Of a DNA stretch of 64,000 nucleotides, positions 56,851-64,000 are shown piece by piece. The stretch covers positions 124,001-188,000 of IMG/VR virus record IMGVR_UViG_3300036770_004723. One strand, written 5' to 3'. Below the pieces are notes generated by a model. That model saw nothing but the letters and a program-made list of their open reading frames with translations. It did not search any database and was not told where the DNA came from. The translations under genes and the position numbers were made by a program. The stretch's first letter is position 1. The number at the start of each line of letters is the position of its first letter.

Positions 56851-57939
56851 ATGAAACTTGCATCTTATACAGTAGTAAATAACAATATTAATGTTTTACC
56901 GAATTTAGTAAAAACTTTGGAGAAAGTAGATCTAATATTTATAATGGACCTATCAAGCTCTGATGGAAGTTATGAATTTATTTCTGATTGGGCAGAAAAA
57001 GATCATAGGGTGAAAATATCAGAATATAATAATGAAGATGAATTACAAGCACGAAACATGCTATTACACATGGTTCAAACTAGTTTTGCACACACTGCGA
57101 TTTACATAGATCCAAGCTGTGTTTTAACCGATTTGGATTGGGTAGCCAAATTAAAACTTCTTGATTTAAAAAATTCATATTCCGTTTCAGTTAGCCAACT
57201 TGTATTAAAAGATAATGCACCTAAAATTTCTTATGTATCTAAAGAAACTTTAATACATTCATCTACAGCCAGAGCTAGCTATGTTCATACAGATAAACCT
57301 AGATTGTTAGTATCAAACGATGTTGTAGATTCAGGAATTCATTTTATACAGACCTTGGATCGACCTTTGACTGAAAAATCAGTTACGTATTGGCAGGATA
57401 ATCGAACCGACTGTTATGCGATTTTGTTGGCCAGTAATTATTTATCTGATTTTTCAGATTATGAAGAATTCGTTAAACTTGCATTACCTAATGTAATTGA
57501 ACAACTTGATATCCATTTAGATATCTACGCGATTCAATCACTTTTAAGTTTCTATCAAGTAACAGGCAAAGAAATATACCTGAACATCCTTTCATTTTAT
57601 TGCCCGTCGTTATACGAAGTAAGTTTATATAAAGGACTCAATCGAATTCAAGATAACCCTATTGTTGCCTTAGGTTATTTTACTGAAAGTCTTGAAAGAG
57701 TCGATCTTGGTTATAATTTAACTGTATATAAAGATCCTCAAGCTAAATCCAATCTTTACCATTATATAGCTGTTTCCTATAACAATATTTATGAAATAAC
57801 TGGACTAGATTTTCATAAGGCTAAAGCTGTAGAGTTTTTGAATTTAGTTGTTGCATTAGATCCAACAAACGCAAATGCTAAATTAGATTTGGATTATATG
57901 TTAAAAGAGAAACCAAATAATGAAAAAGAAGTGTGTTGA
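56851..57939 (+). CDS. Glycosyltransferase family 2-like domain (degenerate) fused to TPR-like repeats
   Basis: IFIMDLSSSDGSYE is GT2-like; no DxD (YIDPS); C-terminal KAVEFL...VALDPTNANA is TPR-like. Confidence 0.62.
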   Translation: MKLASYTVVNNNINVLPNLVKTLEKVDLIFIMDLSSSDGSYEFISDWAEKDHRVKISEYNNEDELQARNMLLHMVQTSFAHTAIYIDPSCVLTDLDWVAKLKLLDLKNSYSVSVSQLVLKDNAPKISYVSKETLIHSSTARASYVHTDKPRLLVSNDVVDSGIHFIQTLDRPLTEKSVTYWQDNRTDCYAILLASNYLSDFSDYEEFVKLALPNVIEQLDIHLDIYAIQSLLSFYQVTGKEIYLNILSFYCPSLYEVSLYKGLNRIQDNPIVALGYFTESLERVDLGYNLTVYKDPQAKSNLYHYIAVSYNNIYEITGLDFHKAKAVEFLNLVVALDPTNANAKLDLDYMLKEKPNNEKEVC

Positions 57940-59515
57940 AATCAAACCATTTTATTCTATATCGGCTAGACGTGAAATAACGGTTGAGCCTGATTGGTGG
58001 AAAAAACTCGGTGAAGCTAGTCGTAAAAATTATTTAAAGAAACATCCAACTAGCCAAATGGCTAAATTTATTAAGAAGCAAGAAGAAAAGAAAAGAAAAG
58101 CACGTCTTAAAAAAGCTGAAAATAAAAAATCAGAGTTACCTAAGGTAAATCATGTAGATCCTGTTGTTGAAGTAAAACCTGAAAAAGTAGAAACAAAAAA
58201 TGCAGGTAAGAATTTCGCAGAACGGGTAAACACTAGATTAAAAGATTTTTTCTCAAATAAAAAACAAAGAATCAAAGATTACACTAGTGTACAGTTAAAA
58301 GCAGTTGGAGAAAAGATTACTCGTCAGGAAATCAAAAGACGTGCTGCTGAAAAACTACCTTATATAAAAGAAACCTTAATGGAATCTCAGAAAAAATTCA
58401 TGTCCAGCATAAACTCTGTTGGATCTTATATAGATAATTCACTTTCACCTGTTAAAAAACAAAATTTAGGTGAGTGGTTAAAATCTAGATTAACAGGTAA
58501 AGGCAGTAATGAAGCCGGAGAAAAGACGGGAAGTTTGATTGCTGTTAATATTATAACAGCTGCTTTAGGCTTAGGTGCTTTGATTGCAGTAACATCTGGT
58601 GTTGCGCCTCTTGCTGGTGCATTAGCCGGTGCATTTTTTGGATTTAACGATTACCGTAGATCTCTTCCAGATAAAGTAGTAGAAGAAACGAAGAAACGAA
58701 GAAGCAAAAAGAAACCTGTACAGGATTTAAAAGATGAATCTGCAAAAGATTTGTATAAAGAAGAACCTGAGGCCGTAAACCAAGAACCTGAAACATTAGA
58801 TCAAGCATCTAAAGAAATAGATCTAGCCGTAGCTGATGTTGAAAAAGCTATGGAAACCTCAGATGATGTTGTTGAAAAAGCCTCAGAACTTGAATCTAAA
58901 TCCAATGACGAACAAGAGATAGTAGATAATCCTGTCAGATACTTAACTGAAGAAATCGCGTTATGGTTAAAAGATCAAGATCAAGATCTAATTGCGAATA
59001 AAATAGCTGAATTAGCTGCTATAGAGGAAATGATAAACGAAGGTTATTCACCTAACGTTTCAGATCTTTCCGATGAAGAAATTGATAAACTTCTAAACAG
59101 TGATGTAGAGATTATCTCAAATCATCTTCAAAGTTTATCCGAAGAAAAAGAAGATTATGAAAGCGAATATGTACCTGATGCCACTGTTAAAAAACTAACT
59201 TTACGTTGCGACAAGCAGTGCATTAGATTACCTTTGAACGAAAGATGGCGATACAATATCCGTTATGGTGACAGTATAATAGGTAATATCCGGTGCATCG
59301 TAAAGAACACTGGAGGTAAATTTAGCCGTAATTGGATTTGTGTTTTAGAAGACGGCTTCAATGAAAGCGTGTACCGGTCAGGTAAGCCTATTCTAAACAA
59401 TGAGCCTTATACCTTGATTAAAAACGGAAAAATTTACCTAGTGAATCCTATTAAACAAACATTTGATGAAACTTGGTCTTGGGCTAAGCTTAATATCGAC
59501 AAGGATTTTTTATGA
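57920..59515 (+). CDS. Putative internal head/ejection protein with hydrophobic hairpin
   Basis: FYSISAR leader; basic N-half; Gly/Ala-rich hydrophobic stretch; acidic C-half. Confidence 0.68.
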   Translation: MKKKCVEIKPFYSISARREITVEPDWWKKLGEASRKNYLKKHPTSQMAKFIKKQEEKKRKARLKKAENKKSELPKVNHVDPVVEVKPEKVETKNAGKNFAERVNTRLKDFFSNKKQRIKDYTSVQLKAVGEKITRQEIKRRAAEKLPYIKETLMESQKKFMSSINSVGSYIDNSLSPVKKQNLGEWLKSRLTGKGSNEAGEKTGSLIAVNIITAALGLGALIAVTSGVAPLAGALAGAFFGFNDYRRSLPDKVVEETKKRRSKKKPVQDLKDESAKDLYKEEPEAVNQEPETLDQASKEIDLAVADVEKAMETSDDVVEKASELESKSNDEQEIVDNPVRYLTEEIALWLKDQDQDLIANKIAELAAIEEMINEGYSPNVSDLSDEEIDKLLNSDVEIISNHLQSLSEEKEDYESEYVPDATVKKLTLRCDKQCIRLPLNERWRYNIRYGDSIIGNIRCIVKNTGGKFSRNWICVLEDGFNESVYRSGKPILNNEPYTLIKNGKIYLVNPIKQTFDETWSWAKLNIDKDFL

Positions 59516-60051
59516 AACCTAAAATTTTAGCTTTAAGTAGTGGTACTGCAATTTTGTGTGATTCGGATTACGAAGCTCAATCTTTAGTTGATTTTCCACC
59601 TAATGAGCCTTTAAATTTATTTAAAGTTTTGGATTTCGTTAAAGCAATGTACGATGATGCAATTTTTGCCCTGCAAAAGGCTACCAGACCTGTATCTAAT
59701 TCTAAATTCAGTCAAGAAAAAATTGCATCTGATTTCGAAGCACTGGAAAAAGCAATAAATTTTCATCTGAGAAATCAGCACAACGGTCTGCACGAAGTGT
59801 ACAATTGTTTAAATTTACTCAGAAACCGATTAGATTTGGAAACTCGATCCAAACATCCTGTACCTAATTGTTTAAAATTGAAAATTTATCTTGATACTAT
59901 TTGCAGTAAATTTGTACAAGAAAACAAAGGTATTGATTTGCTTGCTACCATGATATTTGAAGACGGTAAGAGTTTACGTAAAAATCCTCTTCTTAAAACC
60001 GACCACGAAAAACGCCTTGAAGAGTATCTGGCCAAAAAACAATTAGATTGA
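59512..60051 (+). CDS. Hypothetical protein (MKPKILALSS leader)
   Basis: AAGGA SD; ATGA overlap. Confidence 0.72.
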   Translation: MKPKILALSSGTAILCDSDYEAQSLVDFPPNEPLNLFKVLDFVKAMYDDAIFALQKATRPVSNSKFSQEKIASDFEALEKAINFHLRNQHNGLHEVYNCLNLLRNRLDLETRSKHPVPNCLKLKIYLDTICSKFVQENKGIDLLATMIFEDGKSLRKNPLLKTDHEKRLEEYLAKKQLD

Positions 60052-60058
60052 GGTAAGT

Positions 60059-60853
60059 ATGTTAAACAAGAAAATAGATTTAAATTTTAAATCAAGTTCT
60101 TTTGATCTTAGTATGTTGAATCGTTATAATATAGGTGAAGGCGAAGGTCGTGGTATTAGTTTGCATGAATTATCTAACAAGAATAAAAACATCGAAGTTA
60201 AGCCTGATATGGCAGGTGGCTGTGATAATGTTATTCTCGATGTTAACTGTTGGCTTCCCGCTGCCGCAAAAGAAATGAATATTAGCCCTAATATTCGTGA
60301 TTATGTAATGGTCCCGACTCCGGCACTTATTACAGATCTGCCTAATACAAACGGTGATAGTGCTAGCCTTAAAGAATTATTACGCTTTAATGTTAAGATG
60401 GGACGTCAAGCATACAAAACGTTTCAGGGTAAACCTACGTTTGTTGAACACGCTAACTCTGATCACACTAAAGCTAAAGGCATTATTCTTGATGCTTATT
60501 TAAAACCTTTAAAAGGATTCAAGGGTGAATTAGCTAAGTTAGTTTTATTATTAGCTTACGATAGAACCCGTGATCCAGAAGCTTGCAATAAAATTCTTAC
60601 CAATCGCTGTAATACTCATAGTGTTGGATTTTATTATACAAGTTACACTTGTAGTATTTGTGGCCATACAACACATCAAGACACTATGAAATTGTGTAGC
60701 CACACTCGATTAATGAAAAAACCTTATATGTTGAACGGCCGTATTTGTTATCGTTGGTGTCATGAGATTACAGGATTCGAATGTAGTCAAGTTGAAAATC
60801 CTGCGTATGTCAGTAATCAACACGATCATAGCAAAATTCTTATGGTGAGATAA
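60059..60853 (+). CDS. Putative prohead (capsid maturation) serine protease, HK97/herpes-assemblin fold, with Zn-finger insert
   Basis: NTNGD, GKPTFVEH (His), HSVG (Ser), CSICGH...CSH, FECSQVENPA (Glu, E-x-S-x-V-x-x-P-A). Confidence 0.72.
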   Translation: MLNKKIDLNFKSSSFDLSMLNRYNIGEGEGRGISLHELSNKNKNIEVKPDMAGGCDNVILDVNCWLPAAAKEMNISPNIRDYVMVPTPALITDLPNTNGDSASLKELLRFNVKMGRQAYKTFQGKPTFVEHANSDHTKAKGIILDAYLKPLKGFKGELAKLVLLLAYDRTRDPEACNKILTNRCNTHSVGFYYTSYTCSICGHTTHQDTMKLCSHTRLMKKPYMLNGRICYRWCHEITGFECSQVENPAYVSNQHDHSKILMVR

Positions 60854-60854
60854 T

Positions 60855-61802
60855 ATGGAATTCAAATACATTGCAGATATACCATTCGTTTACGGTGATT
60901 GGTTTAAGATTTCAAATGACAACCCATTTTATTCTGTAACAATGGATAGTAGGTTAAAAGTAAAAGATGGTAACGGAGCTATTTCTCCAATTACTTTTGA
61001 AGAGTTACGTCAATTACTATTGAATAGCACTACAACAATGGGTAATCAAATTAACCATGCTGAAGTATTCGCTTCATTATTAGATACAGATGTAGAAACT
61101 TTGGCTAAAACCGGTGAATTACCTGATTTCACTAAAACCGCTTCCACGAGTAATGGATATTCTGCTTATCGAGTGGTAAATAATACTATACCCTTAGGTA
61201 CATCTATACCACCTAAATTTACATTGCTTGACCGTGCTAGTGTTTGGTCTTCTCGTGACATACTTCCTCTTGAAGGTATAGAGCAAGTTGCTGTAGATAA
61301 TGCACTAAATCATTTGGGCAATAAAATGATTACAGCACAAAAGAAATTCATTTTATGTAAATCACACCAAATCCCTACTTGTTACGGTCAGTCATTTAAA
61401 AGTAATCAACTAGATGTACATCAATACATAATCTTAAACTTCCATCAATTACAAGGTATTGCTTCTGGATCTGTAACTGCCCAATTTATATGTCAGGTAC
61501 TTACACACGAGTACGCCCATTATATTTTCGATCACGGTATAAAACTTTCGCAGAAAGAAAGATTCAAAAAATTATTTGCAGGACGTGGTGTGCATAAGGA
61601 TCAATTCAACCATCCCGGTTATGAGTATCCTTGGTATAAAGAGGCATGGGCTATATTATGTGAATACATGGTGCATGGTAAATCTGCTCGTGGTCTTAGC
61701 ACTGTTGAAGGTTGGGAAATCGCTGAGCAATACTTTGACAATAATTTTATTAAGAACGGTCATCCTACAGGTGATAGTCTTGAACATTTGATTAAGGTGT
61801 AG
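60855..61802 (+). CDS. Zincin-like metallopeptidase
   Basis: VLTHEYAHY (HExxH) and downstream EAWA third-ligand motif. Confidence 0.7.
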   Translation: MEFKYIADIPFVYGDWFKISNDNPFYSVTMDSRLKVKDGNGAISPITFEELRQLLLNSTTTMGNQINHAEVFASLLDTDVETLAKTGELPDFTKTASTSNGYSAYRVVNNTIPLGTSIPPKFTLLDRASVWSSRDILPLEGIEQVAVDNALNHLGNKMITAQKKFILCKSHQIPTCYGQSFKSNQLDVHQYIILNFHQLQGIASGSVTAQFICQVLTHEYAHYIFDHGIKLSQKERFKKLFAGRGVHKDQFNHPGYEYPWYKEAWAILCEYMVHGKSARGLSTVEGWEIAEQYFDNNFIKNGHPTGDSLEHLIKV

Positions 61803-61804
61803 GT

Positions 61805-62500
61805 ATGAAAATCACAATACGTATGTTCAGCCTATCTAATAACGTAGTCCCATTGATTAAAATACCTAATCTAGCTGAATTACACGAACTATTCAAGAAC
61901 CTTAAACTTAAGAATAACTCTGATCCTAAAGTAATGTCTGATTTTAAACATTTATATAAAATTTATGAAGTAGCTTCTGAAACAGGGCCTTATAAAATTG
62001 CAGATGAATGTTTTGACTTGCTTTCAGACTTAAGACTGGCACGAAATGTCTTAGCTGTCGAAGGTGCTTTTAAAGATACTGTTGTGCAGGCGTGGATAAA
62101 AAAATTTGAGATTGAGCCTCAACTAATAAATGTAACTCGTGTGGCAACAAAACAGAGTTTACTGCAAGCATCAAAAGAAAGAAATGTAAAAGCGAAAAAA
62201 GCATTTAATGATTTGATGGATAAAGCAAAAGCAGTATCACAAGATCTAAAAAAGCAAAACTTAAAGAAGCTTAGTAAAGCAGTTATGACGTTCTCAGAAT
62301 TGCTTGACTCTGAGCGTACATATTTGAGTAAGAGAGAGATTGAAAAATATGAAACACTAATAAAGTTGTTAAACATTGAAATCTCCTTAAACTCTGAAAA
62401 CCTAGATGTTCAAGAGCGATCAGATTTACTCAAACAAAAGAGTTTAGTATTAGTGCGCTTTAGCAAACTTGACGGCATAAACCCATTTACTTTAATATAA
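61805..62500 (+). CDS. Helical hypothetical protein (MFSLSN leader)
   Basis: AAGG SD; 231 aa. Confidence 0.72.
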   Translation: MKITIRMFSLSNNVVPLIKIPNLAELHELFKNLKLKNNSDPKVMSDFKHLYKIYEVASETGPYKIADECFDLLSDLRLARNVLAVEGAFKDTVVQAWIKKFEIEPQLINVTRVATKQSLLQASKERNVKAKKAFNDLMDKAKAVSQDLKKQNLKKLSKAVMTFSELLDSERTYLSKREIEKYETLIKLLNIEISLNSENLDVQERSDLLKQKSLVLVRFSKLDGINPFTLI

Positions 62501-62503
62501 GGC

Positions 62504-62893
62504 ATGAAAATGAAAATTAAGGTTAGATTAATCTCTACTTCGGCATCTAATAGTAAAACTCCAGAAATTAAATCAAAAATATCTGAATTGGCTTCTTTGC
62601 TTTTTGAGTCAAAAAATAAAATAATTAAAGAACTTAAAGTAACCAAGCCTTTAGTTAAATCTGTTGAATCACTAGGTTACGCTGTTCGATTGGCGCGTAA
62701 GTCTCACGTAGCGCAGAATAAATTAGATGATCTTGCTTCTTTGCTTGGTGTTAATCCAGCACATTTAACATCTGCTGTAGATAAAACAGGTTATTGTCTT
62801 CATTTCAGTTCAGGTGCTGCAACTAAAGCCATAGCTTCTTTAAAAAGAATGGCTAAGGCAGAATCTGTGGAGAGTTCTTCTAAAAAAGCCTAA
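62504..62893 (+). CDS. Basic hypothetical protein (LISTSA leader), possibly truncated
   Basis: 129 aa; the following gap looks like decayed coding sequence. Confidence 0.65.
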   Translation: MKMKIKVRLISTSASNSKTPEIKSKISELASLLFESKNKIIKELKVTKPLVKSVESLGYAVRLARKSHVAQNKLDDLASLLGVNPAHLTSAVDKTGYCLHFSSGAATKAIASLKRMAKAESVESSSKKA

Positions 62894-63114
62894 TAGAGAG
62901 TAACCTAAGAAAAGAATAAGATCTTTTAGATAAAGGACTTGAAATTGCGGCCAAATGAATTTGCTTTTGCTGATCGGGTAGAAACTTGTTGTTAAAAATT
63001 CTAAAACTCACGATGTAAAAAGCTTTAATTACTCCGGCAAAAACTATTACATATAACATCACAGAATCTGCGACTGCTCTCCCATTTAAACGACGTTAGT
63101 ATTAAGGAAGCACA

Positions 63115-63669
63115 ATGAAAATTTTCGTATCGCAATCAGCTGAAGTTACACAGCAAACTTTAAAACGTAAGATGAAAATCGGCGCTAAAGTACAATTACT
63201 TATGGTCGCTTCTCCTTCAGAAATAGGAACTTTAGGTCGAGGCAAAGCATCTGTAACAATAGCACATAATTATGTTGTTACAGATATTCAAACAACTAAA
63301 TCAGGTGACATTAAAAACTGTACACTTACAGTAAAAGGACCTAAGCCTTCACCGACATTAGGTTTAAAATCTGTTGAAGTACTAACCGCAACTACATTGG
63401 CTAAGTTGATGTCAACTAAACTTAATAAAGATTCAAAAGTTGGAACTAAATCTTTAAAGTTTGTCACGGTAAAATCTAAAGACACTGCTATGGGTAACGC
63501 TAAAGATTCCAAGTTAGCTCAACTTAAAGATAAAGTTAAAGAACTTGAATCTGCATATAAAAAGGCGATATCAGATTACCATAAAGCAGAAACTGCTGTT
63601 GATAAGGCAGATAATGCACTTGATAAAGCGAAACGTGCTTTAGATCTTTATATGAGTAAAACGCTGTAG
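63115..63669 (+). CDS. Basic protein with MKIFVSQSA leader and C-terminal coiled coil
   Basis: AAGGA SD; 184 aa. Confidence 0.78.
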   Translation: MKIFVSQSAEVTQQTLKRKMKIGAKVQLLMVASPSEIGTLGRGKASVTIAHNYVVTDIQTTKSGDIKNCTLTVKGPKPSPTLGLKSVEVLTATTLAKLMSTKLNKDSKVGTKSLKFVTVKSKDTAMGNAKDSKLAQLKDKVKELESAYKKAISDYHKAETAVDKADNALDKAKRALDLYMSKTL

Positions 63670-63759
63670 GTGGTTTACTTCCCACTAAAGTTAAATTAAC
63701 TGACTCTATAAAGATCTCTGATCTTGATAAGGAATTCGAGTTTGTTGAGTTTAAAGCTT

Positions 63760-64000
63760 AATTGAAAACATGTGATTGCTGCAATTTAGATTCAGCAATT
63801 TTCTACATGTGACCATTTTATTTAAAAGAATTATCCACAAGGTAGGAGGTGATCCATATCTCGTGGTAACTACGCCACGTAAAAGATTGTAGTAGAGCAA
63901 TGGCTCGACTGCATAGCGCAGACAACTTCTTTCTATTAGAGGATTTGCCGTGAAAAACAATGTCAGTGGCGATGTAAGTAATTAAACGAGTGTGTGCGGT
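63760..64000 (+). ncRNA. Candidate structured RNA (runs off the window)
   Basis: No long + strand ORF; at least five consecutive hairpins and a three-way junction; AGGAGGTGATCCA. Confidence 0.4.

Noticed and set aside
63831-63839. Perfect DnaA box TTATCCACA
   Set aside because: Single copy with no cluster visible; plausible by chance in AT-rich DNA
63844-63856. rRNA gene fragment on the minus strand
   Set aside because: The match to the 16S 3' end is limited to 13 nt and the flanks do not resemble rRNA
1-64000. Stop-codon reassignment
   Set aside because: The standard code gives dense full-length genes, and TAA, TGA and TAG all occur at coupled gene boundaries

Overview
AT-rich segment of a large, probably jumbo, lytic myovirus. 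All credible genes are on the + strand and tightly packed. Replication/repair genes encode a DnaX(gamma)-like clamp loader, a beta-clamp-like protein, a family A DNA polymerase with an N-terminal UDG-like domain, SbcC and SbcD, a UvsW-like SF2 helicase and an NAD+-dependent ligase, plus HAD, metallophosphoesterase and NUDIX enzymes. Virion-type genes include a tail sheath, paralogous fibre/Ig-domain proteins, a putative prohead protease, a 2022-aa SNF2-like ATPase and a histone H1-like protein. This gene mix recalls Lu11/Y3/Alexandra/JA11-like jumbo myoviruses (from memory, not a search). Most striking unexplained signals: (1) a shared short N-terminal leader ending in S-x-S on about a dozen unrelated proteins clustered around the putative prohead protease, suggesting a capsid-addressing/cleavage code for packaged cargo; (2) a 1.1-kb non-coding, origin-like locus with GATC clusters, a (TTTTC)12 tract and duplicated hairpin modules showing compensatory stem changes and a flipped hairpin; (3) structured non-coding regions at about 4800-4960 and 63670-64000, the latter with a 13-nt perfect complement of the 16S rRNA 3' end; (4) a recurrent ACTGTAAATA motif upstream of replisome genes. 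No tRNA, rRNA, CRISPR array or mobile element was recognised. All product calls come from reading motifs by eye.
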